Shown in pieces: positions 10,420 through 20,042 of a DNA stretch of 64,000 bases. Both the position numbers and the translations under genes were made by a program. How positions within the stretch are numbered: position 1 is the stretch's first letter; the number at the start of each line of letters is the position of its first letter. A model generated the notes under the pieces. The model saw only the letters and a program-made list of their open reading frames with translations, was not told where the DNA came from and searched no databases. The stretch is from positions 256,001 to 320,000 of the forward strand of contig CAVZLN010000006.1 of assembly GCA_963776245.1 (NCBI GenBank), in the 5' to 3' direction. The stretch comes from Candidatus Eiseniibacteriota bacterium. Lineage in GTDB: Bacteria; Eisenbacteria; RBG-16-71-46.

Positions 10420-10914
10420 TCAGTTCCAGAGGCGCGTGCCCTTCCGCACCGGCGGCCGCGTGTTGAGGCGCGCGAGGTGGCTGAGCAGGGTCTCGCCGGT
10501 CTCGGGATGCACCAGCGCCGGGTCGAGCTCGACCAGCGGCACCAGCACGAACGAGCGTCGGATCAGTTCCGAGTGGGGCACCCGCAGGTCGGGCTCCTCG
10601 AGCACCAGGTCCCCGACCAGCAGCACGTCGAGGTCCATGGTGCGCGGCCCCCACTTGTGGGTGCGGGTGCGGCCCAGGCGCTTCTCGATCAGGTGCAGGT
10701 TCCACAGCAGCTGGCGCGGCGGAAGCTCGGTGTCGACCTCGGCCACCGCGTTGAGGAAGTTCGGCTGCTCCGCGTCGCCGACCGGCTCGGTGTCGTAGAG
10801 GGACGAGGCGCGCGTGAGCTGGGTGAGCGGGAGGCGCGCGATCTCCTCGAGCGCCTGGCGGATCAGCGCCTCGCGGTCGCCGAGGTTGGAGCCGATCCCG
10901 ATGAACGCCCTCAT
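10420..10914 (-). CDS. folK: 2-amino-4-hydroxy-6-hydroxymethyldihydropteridine diphosphokinase
   Basis: IGIGSNLGDR, FLNAV, WGPRTMDLDVL and RSFVLVPL. Confidence 0.95.
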   Translation of the reverse strand: MRAFIGIGSNLGDREALIRQALEEIARLPLTQLTRASSLYDTEPVGDAEQPNFLNAVAEVDTELPPRQLLWNLHLIEKRLGRTRTHKWGPRTMDLDVLLVGDLVLEEPDLRVPHSELIRRSFVLVPLVELDPALVHPETGETLLSHLARLNTRPPVRKGTRLWN

Positions 10915-11270
10915 GCCGGCCTCACGCGCGTCACCTCGATGACGGCGCGGCCGCCGGTGGTCCAGCCCAGGTTCTGCTTGGCGATCCGCACCCGCGCCGA
11001 GCGCACCGTGAAGCGCTCGAGGATGGTCTCCGCGACCTTGGCGGCGAGCATCTCGAGCAGGTGGAAGCTGTTCTGCTCGACCACCTCGCGCACGGTGCGG
11101 TAGAGCGCGTCGTAGTCCACCGCGTCGGCGAGCTTGTCGCTGCTCTCGGCCCGGGCATCCACGGGCTCGAGCTCGAGGTCCACCTCGAGCCGCTGGCCGG
11201 CCTCTTTCTCGTAGGGGCGGGCGCCGTGATGCCCGAACACCGAAAGCCCCTCCAGCCGGATGGTGGCCAA
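10911..11270 (-). CDS. folB: Dihydroneopterin aldolase
   Basis: IRLEGLSVFGHHGA, EKEAGQRLEVDL, VDY and FHLLEMLA. A TTG start at 11270 is inferred. Confidence 0.92.
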   Translation of the reverse strand: MATIRLEGLSVFGHHGARPYEKEAGQRLEVDLELEPVDARAESSDKLADAVDYDALYRTVREVVEQNSFHLLEMLAAKVAETILERFTVRSARVRIAKQNLGWTTGGRAVIEVTRVRPA

Positions 11271-11509
11271 CGCGTTGCCTCCGTGAGCGGATGGTGCCCG
11301 TGAGCCCCGTGGGGCCGGTCCTGAGCCGCGGCGAAGTCTAGGGAGGTGCGGGAGGACGGTCAAGGCAGCGCGTGGAGCGGCGTTGGCGCGAAGATCCCCT
11401 TCCCCGCCCCTGTGCTAGGGTGCGCCCACGAGAGGGAAGCCGCAGCGGGTCCCGGTCCGTGGATCCGCGGCGTGCTCCCGCGACCGACTCTCATCCATCG
11501 AGGCGTGGC

Positions 11510-14206
11510 TTGGCCGAACTGATCCAGCGCCTGGAGAGCGCCGTCGCGGACCGCTATCGCGTCGAGCGCGAGATCGGTCAAGGCGGCATGGCGCACGTGT
11601 TCCTCGCGCACGATGAGCACCTGCACCGCGCCGTCGCGCTCAAGGTCCTGCGACCCGAGATCGCGGCCCGGCTCGGCCCCGAGCGGTTCCTTCGCGAGAT
11701 CCGCTTCGCGGCGAGCCTCACCCATCCCCACATCCTGACGGTGATCGATTCCGGAGAGGCCGACGGGCTGCTCTTCTACACCATGCCGTACATCCGGGGC
11801 GAGACCCTGCGCGCCAGGCTGCGGCGCGAGCCCCAGTTGCCGCTCGACGAGGCGGTGCGCATCACGGGCGAGATCGCCGAGGCCCTCGACCACGCGCACC
11901 ACCACGGGCTCGTGCACCGGGATGTGAAGCCCGAGAACGTGCTGCTCTCCGCCGGGCACGCGGTGGTGGCCGACTTCGGCATCGCGCGCGCGCTCGATGA
12001 CGGGACCGGCCCCGCGCTCACCGGGACCGGGGTCGTGGTCGGAACCCCCGCCTACATGAGTCCCGAGCAGGCGTCGGGGAGCCACGCGATCGACGGCCGC
12101 ACCGACCAGTACGGCCTCGCGTGCACCTGCTACGAGATGCTGGCCGGCCAGCCGCCCTTCACCGGTCCGACCTCGGAGGCGATCGCCCACCAGCATCTGA
12201 ACGTGATTCCGCGCCCGGTGACCGACGTGCGTCCCGCGGCCGGCGACGCGATCGCGCAGGTTCTCTCGCGCGCGCTGGCCAAGAACCCCGCCGACCGGTT
12301 CCCCGATACCGCGGGCTTCGCCGCGGCGCTGGCGGCGGCCGCCGCGGCGCGCGTCCCCGCGGCGCGCGCGCCGTCCGGGGCGCGGCGTCGGGCGTGGGCG
12401 TTCGCGCTCGTGCCGGTCGCGCTCGCGCTGGCGGCGGCGGCGGTGTGGTTCGTCGGGCCCGGGAAGCGCCCGGGGCCCGCGCCCGCCCTCGAGCTCGCGC
12501 GCGTCACCTACGACGCGGGCATCAGCCTGGACCCCGCGATCTCGCGCGACGGCCGCATGGTGGCCTACGCCTCGGACCGGGCAGGCGCCGGCGATCTCGA
12601 CCTGTGGGTGCAGTACCTCGACCAGCGTTCCGCGGTGCGCCTCACCCGCGACCCCGCGCACGACATGCAGCCGAGCTTCTCGCCCGACGGCGCGCGCATC
12701 GCCTTCCGCTCCGAGCGCGACGGCGGAGGCATCTACCTCGTCCCCACGCTCGGCGGCGGCGAGCGCCTGCTGGTGCGGGGAGGCTCGTTCCCGCGCTTCT
12801 CGCCCGACGGCACGAGCATCGCCTATGTGGTCATCCCGCCGACCGACGCGCCCGCGCGCATGTACCGGGTGCCCGCCGACGGCGGGGAGCCGAGGCCGTT
12901 CCTGCCCGAGTTCCGGTCGCGCCCGCTGCCCGCCGGCATCGGCCCGCTGTGGTCGCCCGATGGCCGGGCGCTGATGTTCAACGGCCAGCGTGGGGACGAC
13001 GTGGCCAGCCGGGATGTCTGGGTGGCGCCGGCCGACGGCGGCGATCCGGTGCGCACCGACATCCTGCGGACGCCCGGGCTCGCGTCGCCGGTCCGCATCC
13101 CGTGCGCGTGGCTCCCCGGTCGCGTGCTGATCGCCGCGGGCGTGACGTTCCAGGGCCTCAATCTCTACAGCGTCCCGGTCTCGGCCGATGGGCACCGCGT
13201 CACCGGGAAGGCACGGCGCCTGACGACCGGCCCCGGGATGCGCTACTTCGTCGGCGTTTCCGACGACGGACGCATCGTGCTGCCCGACTTCACCTGGACG
13301 GTGCACCTGTGGTCGGCCGAGCTCGACCCGGTCCGGATGGTCGCGACCTCGCCCCCCCGACGCATCACCGAGGAGACCGCCCCGAAATTCGGCCTGTCCC
13401 TCTCGCGCGATGGTTCGCGGCTGGCGTACGGCACGTTCTCCGGGGCGCCCGAGCGCCTCCAGCACGAGGTTCGCGTGCGCGACCTCGCGACCGGAGGCGA
13501 GGCCACGCGCATCACGGTGTCGAACGGGCTCCTGCTGCTCGATCCGCGACTCGCCCCGGATGACACGACGCTGGTCTACCACGACCTCGTCCAGGGTCAC
13601 ACGGTGGCCCTGCTGCTGCGCCCGGGCGAGACCACTGGACGCGAAGTGTGCCGCGACGGACGCGTCATGGCGTTCTTCGGCGATGGCGGCAGCGTCCTGG
13701 CGCGGCTGGAGCGGCGGCGCATCGAGCGCATCGACCTCGTCTCGGGCACCCGTGTCCGGCTGGTGGAGGCGGACTCCTCGACGACCATCGAGGGCGTCGC
13801 CCTCTCGCCCGACGACCGCTGGATCGCGTTCGCCTTCGGCTCCGCCGACGAACGCGTGCGCATCGCCGTCGTCCCGGTGCGCGGCCGGGTGGTGCCGCGA
13901 CGCGAGTGGATGGTGGTGGTCGACGGCCCCGGCCATGTCGCCCAGCCCTGCTGGTCCGCCGACGGCGAGCGGCTGGTCTACCTCGGCGACCGCGACGGCC
14001 CCCTGTGCATCTGGGCGCAGCGGCTCGACCGAGCCACCCGGCGGCCGGCGGGCGAGCCGACCGCGGTCGTGCACCTGCACCGCTCCGATCTCGCCATGCT
14101 CCTCGTCCGGGGCATGTGGTCCGAGGCGGCGACCTCGCGCCGCATCTTCTTCAACGCCGCCCAGCAGTCCGGGAACATCTGGCAGGGCAAGCTGGAGCCC
14201 CGCTAG
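11510..14206 (+). CDS. Hanks-type Ser/Thr protein kinase with TM and TolB/PD40 beta-propeller
   Basis: IGQGGMAHV, VALK, HRDVKPEN, DFG and GTPAYMSPEQ, a TM segment, then repeated SPDG motifs. Confidence 0.92.
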   Translation: MAELIQRLESAVADRYRVEREIGQGGMAHVFLAHDEHLHRAVALKVLRPEIAARLGPERFLREIRFAASLTHPHILTVIDSGEADGLLFYTMPYIRGETLRARLRREPQLPLDEAVRITGEIAEALDHAHHHGLVHRDVKPENVLLSAGHAVVADFGIARALDDGTGPALTGTGVVVGTPAYMSPEQASGSHAIDGRTDQYGLACTCYEMLAGQPPFTGPTSEAIAHQHLNVIPRPVTDVRPAAGDAIAQVLSRALAKNPADRFPDTAGFAAALAAAAAARVPAARAPSGARRRAWAFALVPVALALAAAAVWFVGPGKRPGPAPALELARVTYDAGISLDPAISRDGRMVAYASDRAGAGDLDLWVQYLDQRSAVRLTRDPAHDMQPSFSPDGARIAFRSERDGGGIYLVPTLGGGERLLVRGGSFPRFSPDGTSIAYVVIPPTDAPARMYRVPADGGEPRPFLPEFRSRPLPAGIGPLWSPDGRALMFNGQRGDDVASRDVWVAPADGGDPVRTDILRTPGLASPVRIPCAWLPGRVLIAAGVTFQGLNLYSVPVSADGHRVTGKARRLTTGPGMRYFVGVSDDGRIVLPDFTWTVHLWSAELDPVRMVATSPPRRITEETAPKFGLSLSRDGSRLAYGTFSGAPERLQHEVRVRDLATGGEATRITVSNGLLLLDPRLAPDDTTLVYHDLVQGHTVALLLRPGETTGREVCRDGRVMAFFGDGGSVLARLERRRIERIDLVSGTRVRLVEADSSTTIEGVALSPDDRWIAFAFGSADERVRIAVVPVRGRVVPRREWMVVVDGPGHVAQPCWSADGERLVYLGDRDGPLCIWAQRLDRATRRPAGEPTAVVHLHRSDLAMLLVRGMWSEAATSRRIFFNAAQQSGNIWQGKLEPR

Positions 14207-14248
14207 CGAGGCGATAACAGCGCGGGGCGCGGCGGGGAGGCCGCTCCG

Positions 14249-15088
14249 TCACACCGCCACGCCGAACTCGCGCAGCGCTTCGTTGAGCGAGGTCTTGCGG
14301 TCGGTGGAGGCCTTGCGGCTGCCGATGATGAGCGCGCACGGCGTGCCGAACTCGCCGGCCGGGAACGCGCGCGGCTTCGATCCGGGGATGACCACCGAGC
14401 GCGCGGGCACGCATCCTCGCGTCTCCACCGCCGCCTTCCCGGTGACATCGATGATGGGGGTGGACGCGGTGAGCACCACGCCGGCACCCAGCACCGCGCC
14501 CTCTTCCACGCGCACGCCCTCCACCACGATCGCGCGCGAGCCGATGAAGCAGTCGTCTTCGACGATCACCGGCTGGGACTGCGGCGGCTCGAGCACGCCC
14601 CCGATGCCGACGCCGCCCGACAGGTGCACGCGCCGGCCGATCTGGGCGCATGAGCCCACGGTGGCCCAGGTGTCCACCATCGTCCCTTCGCCCACGCGCG
14701 CGCCGCAATTCACGTAGCCCGGCATCAGGATCACGCCCGGCTCCAGGAACGCGCCGTAGCGCGCCACGCCCGGCGGCACCACGCGCACCCCCGCGGCGGC
14801 CAGGTTGCGCTTGAGCGGGATCTTGTCGTGGAACTCGAACGGCCCCACCTCCATGGTGCGCGAGACGCGCATCCGGAAGTAGAGCGCGAGCGCCTGCTGC
14901 AGCCAGCCGTGCGTGATCCACCGGCCGCCCGCCGGTTCGGCCACCCGCAGGTCGCCGGCGTCGAGCGCGGCGAGCGCGCCCTCGACCGCGCCGCGCGCCG
15001 CGGGATCGTCGAGCGCGATGCGGCCCTCGTAGGCCTCGGCGATGACCGCCCGCCAGCGCTCGACCGGATACCCGTCGGGAGCCCTCAC
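14249..15088 (-). CDS. dapD: Tetrahydrodipicolinate N-succinyltransferase
   Basis: DKIPLK, GVRVVPP, MVDTWATVGSCAQIG, HLSGGVGIGGVLEP and TSLNEALR. Confidence 0.95.
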   Translation of the reverse strand: MRAPDGYPVERWRAVIAEAYEGRIALDDPAARGAVEGALAALDAGDLRVAEPAGGRWITHGWLQQALALYFRMRVSRTMEVGPFEFHDKIPLKRNLAAAGVRVVPPGVARYGAFLEPGVILMPGYVNCGARVGEGTMVDTWATVGSCAQIGRRVHLSGGVGIGGVLEPPQSQPVIVEDDCFIGSRAIVVEGVRVEEGAVLGAGVVLTASTPIIDVTGKAAVETRGCVPARSVVIPGSKPRAFPAGEFGTPCALIIGSRKASTDRKTSLNEALREFGVAV

Positions 15089-16353
15089 GCGCTCACGCCC
15101 TCGAGCCGCGCGACCGCCTCGCGGCACTGCGCGGGAGTGGGCACCAGGGCGAAGCGCACGAAGCCCTCGCCGCCGCGGCCCATGAACGAGCCCGGCATGC
15201 ACACCAGTCCGACGCGCAGCAGGGCCTCCACGAACGCCACGTCGTCTCCGCCCGGCGCCCGGAGCCACAGGTAGAACGACGCCTCGCTCGCCTCCACCGT
15301 CCAGCCGCGGCGGGCGAAGTAGTCGAGCATGAGCGCGCGCTTCTCGGCATAGCGGGCGCGCTGCTCCTGCGGGTGCGCGTCGTCGTCCCAGGCCGCGATC
15401 GCCGCGGCCTGCACGAAGTCCGGGGTGGCGGTGCCGACGTTGGGGCGGAAGCGCCGCAGCGCGTCCATCAGCCGGGGATCCCCGGCCATGAAGCCCGAGC
15501 GGAAGCCGGTCATCGCCGAGCGCTTGCTCAGGGTGTGGAGGGCGACCACGTTCTCGAGCCCGTGCTGGAGCGTGGAGCCCGGAGGCCGGTCGAACCAGAT
15601 CTCGCTGTACGCCTCGTCGGACGCCACCCACGTGCCGTGCCGGCGCGCGGTCTCGAGCACCCGCGCGGTGAGCTCGGGCGGGGACACCGCGCCGGTCGGG
15701 TTGTGCGGCGTCGTCAGCCACAGCAGCGCGGCACGCTCCCAGACGCGCGCCGGGACACGCTCGGGCACGAAGCGCCAGCCATCGGCGCTGCGCAGCGGCA
15801 CGAAGTGCGGGGTCGCTCCCGCGAACGCGGCGCCCGACTCGTACACCGGATACGCCGGCGTCGGGATGATGACGATGTCCTTCCGGCGCCGCGGAGCGCG
15901 GTCCACCATGGCCAGCGCCATCAGGAACACCGCCTCCTTGCTGCCGTTGACGGGCAGGACGTGGCGTTCGGGGTCGAGGGTCACGCCGAAGCGGCGCATC
16001 ACCCAGCGCGCGCATGCCGCGCGCAGCGCGGGCTGGCCGGCGGCGGCCGGATACGACGACATCGCGGGGATGGAGTCGCGCAGCACCTGCTTGATGAACT
16101 CGGGTGTGAGCTCGCGCGGATCGCCCATGCCGAAGTTGAGGACCTCGAGCCCCGGCGGGCAGAGCGCGGCGCGCTTGCGGTCGAGGGTGACGAACGGATA
16201 CTCGCGTTCGCCGGTGAGCAGCGGATGGAGCGGCGCCTCGGGCCGCGCCCGCGCCCGGCGCGTGGACGCGGTCCGCGCGCGCGGGGCCCGCACGGAGGCG
16301 GCGCGCGGACGCGACTTCGCGCGCGGGGCCGGGCGGACGGTCGTCTTCTTCAC
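15085..16353 (-). CDS. dapC: Succinyldiaminopimelate aminotransferase-like PLP enzyme (class I/II)
   Basis: GSKEAVF, YPVYE, PHNPTG, SDEAYSEI and LSKRSAMTGFRSG. It lies between dapE and dapD. Confidence 0.8.
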   Translation of the reverse strand: MKKTTVRPAPRAKSRPRAASVRAPRARTASTRRARARPEAPLHPLLTGEREYPFVTLDRKRAALCPPGLEVLNFGMGDPRELTPEFIKQVLRDSIPAMSSYPAAAGQPALRAACARWVMRRFGVTLDPERHVLPVNGSKEAVFLMALAMVDRAPRRRKDIVIIPTPAYPVYESGAAFAGATPHFVPLRSADGWRFVPERVPARVWERAALLWLTTPHNPTGAVSPPELTARVLETARRHGTWVASDEAYSEIWFDRPPGSTLQHGLENVVALHTLSKRSAMTGFRSGFMAGDPRLMDALRRFRPNVGTATPDFVQAAAIAAWDDDAHPQEQRARYAEKRALMLDYFARRGWTVEASEASFYLWLRAPGGDDVAFVEALLRVGLVCMPGSFMGRGGEGFVRFALVPTPAQCREAVARLEGVSA

Positions 16354-17423
16354 GGTCCCTCCTCGCACAGGAACTCCTCCAGCACGCGGCACGCCGGCTC
16401 GAGATTCGCGATCGGGCAGTACTCGTCCCTCTGGTGGCAGAGATCCGGGATGCCCGGACCGAAATTGAAGGCCGGGATGCCGGCGGCCGTGAAGCGCGCG
16501 ACGTCGGTCCATCCCTGCTTGCCCGCGGTGGGGAGCCCGAAGCGGCGGATGAAGCCCGCCACCTCCGGGTCGCCGGCCGAGACCTTCCCCGCCGGCGCCG
16601 CGTCCACGATGCGCAGCTCGAAGTCCGCCGGCACGAGCGCCCGCAGGCGGCGCTCGGCGTCCGCGATCGTGCGGTCGGGCGTGAACCGATGGTTGAGATT
16701 CGCGACCAGCTCGTCGGGCACCACGTTGCGCGCGCGTCCCGCCTGGAGCGTGGTGACCTGTAGGGTCTCGCGGTACTCCACCCCGTGCAGCGTCAGCGGC
16801 GTGGACGGGAAGCGCACGATCTCCGCCAGCCACGGCGCGGCGCGCTCGATGGCGTTCACCCCGCTCCAGGGCCGCGCCGCGTGCGCACTCTTCCCGGTCA
16901 CGCGGACCTCGGCGTTCATCACGCCGTTGCATCCCAGCTCGACCGCTCCGTCGGTGGGCTCGAGCAGCACCGCGAGCGCCGCGTCGCGGAGCCACGGCAT
17001 CTCCTGGAGCAGGCGGCCCAGACCATTGCCGTCGGCCGGCCCCTCCTCGGCGTCGTAGAACACCAGCGCCAGATCGAAGCGCAGACGCTGGATCTCCAGG
17101 CCGTCGAGCAGGCCGAGCATCACCGCCACGCCGCCCTTCATGTCGGTGGCGCCGAGGCCGTAGAGGCGGTCGCCCTCGCGCCGCGCCCGCTGATTGCCGT
17201 TGGGCGGCACGGTGTCGAGATGGCCGGCGAGGAGCGCCAGCGGGCGCCCGCGCTGCGGCCCGCGCCACACCACGGCGTGGCCCGAGCGGAGGATCTCGCC
17301 GGGCGCCGTGGCGCGCAGCCGCTCGCTCACGAAACCGGCGATCCGCGACTCATCCCCGGTGACACTCGGGATGTCCACGAGCGTGGCGAGCAACTCGACG
17401 AGCGATTCGGAGTTCGGGACCAT
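16350..17423 (-). CDS. dapE: Succinyl-diaminopimelate desuccinylase (M20)
   Basis: GHLDTVP, GLGATDMKGG, FYDAEEG, GKSAHAARPW and WTDVARF. Confidence 0.9.
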   Translation of the reverse strand: MVPNSESLVELLATLVDIPSVTGDESRIAGFVSERLRATAPGEILRSGHAVVWRGPQRGRPLALLAGHLDTVPPNGNQRARREGDRLYGLGATDMKGGVAVMLGLLDGLEIQRLRFDLALVFYDAEEGPADGNGLGRLLQEMPWLRDAALAVLLEPTDGAVELGCNGVMNAEVRVTGKSAHAARPWSGVNAIERAAPWLAEIVRFPSTPLTLHGVEYRETLQVTTLQAGRARNVVPDELVANLNHRFTPDRTIADAERRLRALVPADFELRIVDAAPAGKVSAGDPEVAGFIRRFGLPTAGKQGWTDVARFTAAGIPAFNFGPGIPDLCHQRDEYCPIANLEPACRVLEEFLCEEGP

Positions 17424-17507
17424 GATGAGGTGCGCGATGCGCGCGCGGCGACTCTAGCAGCGCCTCGCCGCTTGCGCCAGCGCCGCCGCGGCCGATAGCC
17501 TCGCGCC

Positions 17508-18365
17508 ATGTCCGACGCATCCCCGCTCCCGTCCACCTCCGGCTCCCTCCTGCGCCTCTCGGGGGCCGACGCGCTCGCGCTGCTCCATCGCATCTCGACC
17601 GCGCACCTCGCCGGGCTCGCGCCGGGCGAGGCGCGCGCCACGCTGTTCTGCGACTTCCGCGGGCGCCTGCTGCACCGCGCGGTGGTGGCGGTCACCTCCG
17701 ACCGCGCGGTGTGGCTGCTGCGCGACGATGCCCCGGGCGACGCGCTGGTGGCGCTGGTGGAGCGCTCGGTCTTCCGCGAGGACGTCCGGATCGCCGACGC
17801 CGGCGCGGGTCGCGCGGTGCGCGCGAGGGCGGAGCCGACCGGGCTGGCGCCGGGGACGCTGCGCGAGGCGGAGGGCGTCCCGCGTCAGGTCCAGGTGGAC
17901 CCACGGTCCGCGCTCGAGGTAGTCGACGGTCCGCCCCCGGCTCCCGGCGCGGCGCGTGAGCGCGACCGCATCGCCGCCGCGCGCCCGCGCGCGGGGCACG
18001 AGATCGCCGGAGAGTTCACGCCCTTCGAGATCGGGCTCGCGCACGAGGTGCACCTGTCGAAGGGCTGCTACACCGGACAGGAGGCGCTGATGCGACTGGT
18101 CACCTACGGCGCCGTGCGCCGCCGCCTCGCGGTGGTGTCGGGCGACGGCGCCCCGCCGCCGGTGCCGTGCGACCTCGCCAGCGCCGGCGTGCGTTGCGGA
18201 CGGCTCACCAGCGCGAGCGCCGATGACCGGGGCTGGACCGGGCTGGCCGTGGTGGCGATCGAGGCCGCCGCCGCGGGCCGCGCGCTGGTGGCGGAGGGCG
18301 GCGCGGAGGTGCGCGTCGGACGCGTGGTGCCCGAGACCCGCCCGCTCGGCCTGCCGACGACGTAG
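17508..18365 (+). CDS. YgfZ/GcvT-like folate-binding protein
   Basis: Signature KGCYTGQE, plus LRLSGADA. Confidence 0.88.
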   Translation: MSDASPLPSTSGSLLRLSGADALALLHRISTAHLAGLAPGEARATLFCDFRGRLLHRAVVAVTSDRAVWLLRDDAPGDALVALVERSVFREDVRIADAGAGRAVRARAEPTGLAPGTLREAEGVPRQVQVDPRSALEVVDGPPPAPGAARERDRIAAARPRAGHEIAGEFTPFEIGLAHEVHLSKGCYTGQEALMRLVTYGAVRRRLAVVSGDGAPPPVPCDLASAGVRCGRLTSASADDRGWTGLAVVAIEAAAAGRALVAEGGAEVRVGRVVPETRPLGLPTT

Positions 18366-18369
18366 GACG

Positions 18370-19977
18370 CTAGGCGCCTTCCGGCGGCCCCTCGTCCTCG
18401 CCCGGCGCGTCCACCACGATGGCGTCGGTGGTGAGCAGGAGCACGCCCACGCTCACCGCGTGCTGGAGCGCGGATCGCGTCACCTTGGCCGGATCGAGGA
18501 TGCCGGCGGCGGCGAGATCGCGGAACTCCAGGCGCTCGGCGTCGTACCCTTCACCGCCGCGGGCCGCGTGGAGCCGCTCGACCACCATCTCGCCGTCGGC
18601 GCCGGCGTTGTGAGCGATCTGGCGCGCCGGCTCCTCGAGCGACTCCTCGACGATCTCGCGCCCGCGCTGCTCGTCGGGGTTCGCGGCGGGCGGCAGCGCG
18701 CGCACCGCGGCCCGCGCCCGCAGCAGCGCCACGCCGCCGCCCGTCACCACGCCCTCCTCGAGCGCCGCGCGGGTCGCGGCGAGCGCGTCCTCGAGACGCT
18801 CGCGCCGCTCCGCGATCGCACTGTCGGTGGCGCCGCCGACGCGGATCACCGCGATGCCGCCGCGCAGCCGCGCGATCCGTTCGCGCACCGCGTCACGCGT
18901 GCGCTCGCGCGTGGCCTCGTCCAGCTCGCGGTCGAGCATCGCGAGGTGCTCGCGGATGGCCTCCGAGGCACCGCCGCCCTCGACCAGCGTGGTGTCGTCG
19001 CGCCCCACCACCACCTCGCGCGCGCGCCCGAGGTCGGACTCGGTGACGCGCTCGAGCTCGCGCCCCAGGTCGGGAGCGATCAGGCTCGCCCCGGTGAGCA
19101 CCGCGAGGTCCTCGAGCAGCGCGCGCCGCGCCGCGCCGGTGCCCGGCACGCGCACCGCCACCGAGGGCGCGGTGCCGCGCAACCGGTTCACCACCAGGGT
19201 CGCGAGCGCCTCGTCCTCGATGTCCTCGGCGATCACCAGCAGCGGCCGCCGGGCGCGCGCCGCCAGCTCGAGCGCCGGCACCAGTTCGCGAGCCGCCGAG
19301 CAGGTCGCCGCGGCGACCATCACCAGCGGATGCTCGAGCACCGCCTCCATGCGGTCGGGGGCGGTCACGAAGTAGGGCGACAGCCAGCCGGCGGCGAGGT
19401 GCACCCCTTCCACCATCTCGAGCGTGGTCTCCAGCCCATGGCTGTCGTCCACCTGGACCACGCCGCGCGCGCCGACGCGCTCGAACGCGTCGGCCACCAG
19501 CAGCGCCAGCGGTTCGTCACCCGCGGCGCTCGCCAGCGCCACGTGGAGCAGATCGTCGCGGCCCTCGACGCGGCGCGCGGTCGCGGCGAGGTGCTCTAGG
19601 ACCGCGGCCGCCGCCGCCTCGATGCCGCGGCGGAGCGCCATCGGGTCGTGCCCGGCCGCGATCGCCTGGAGCCCGCGCGCCACCAGCGCGTGCGCGAGCA
19701 CGGTGGTGGTGGTGGTGCCGTCGCCCGCGCTCTCGCCGGTCGCGGTCGCGGCCTCGCGCACCATGCGCACGCCGAGGTCCTCGAACGGGTCCGCGAGCTC
19801 GATGGCGCTGGCGATGGTCTGGCCGTCGTTGGTGATGGTGGGCACGTGCGCGCCGTGCTCGAGCACCACGCTGCGCCCCCGCGGCCCGAGGGTCACGCGC
19901 ACCACCCGCGCCAGCTGGTCCACGCCGCGCAGCAGCGAGGCGCGTGCCGCGTCGTCGAACTCGAGTCGCTTGCCCAT
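18370..19977 (-). CDS. groEL: Divergent chaperonin GroEL paralog
   Basis: VTLGPRGR, TITNDG, GDGTTT, LSPYF, EDALAATRAA and GILDPAKVTR. There is no GGM tail and no adjacent groES. Confidence 0.9.
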   Translation of the reverse strand: MGKRLEFDDAARASLLRGVDQLARVVRVTLGPRGRSVVLEHGAHVPTITNDGQTIASAIELADPFEDLGVRMVREAATATGESAGDGTTTTTVLAHALVARGLQAIAAGHDPMALRRGIEAAAAAVLEHLAATARRVEGRDDLLHVALASAAGDEPLALLVADAFERVGARGVVQVDDSHGLETTLEMVEGVHLAAGWLSPYFVTAPDRMEAVLEHPLVMVAAATCSAARELVPALELAARARRPLLVIAEDIEDEALATLVVNRLRGTAPSVAVRVPGTGAARRALLEDLAVLTGASLIAPDLGRELERVTESDLGRAREVVVGRDDTTLVEGGGASEAIREHLAMLDRELDEATRERTRDAVRERIARLRGGIAVIRVGGATDSAIAERRERLEDALAATRAALEEGVVTGGGVALLRARAAVRALPPAANPDEQRGREIVEESLEEPARQIAHNAGADGEMVVERLHAARGGEGYDAERLEFRDLAAAGILDPAKVTRSALQHAVSVGVLLLTTDAIVVDAPGEDEGPPEGA

Positions 19978-20042
19978 GGCGCCCCTCCCTGAGACCGCCC
20001 GCGCGCCGCACGCGATGCGCGGCGCGGTGCGGCGCCCCTACC

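Noticed and set aside
11360..14080. Long antisense or alternative-frame ORFs in the track (e.g. 906 aa here, 799 aa at 23083, 737 aa at 44755)
   Set aside because: They are shadow ORFs caused by high GC. They overlap well-supported genes and have Arg/Ala/Gly/Pro-rich, motif-free translations.
17472..17501. sigma28 promoter (GCCGATAG at 17491)
   Set aside because: There is no TCAAG-like -35 at N15. TTGCGC-N18-TAGCCT fits a sigma70 promoter better.
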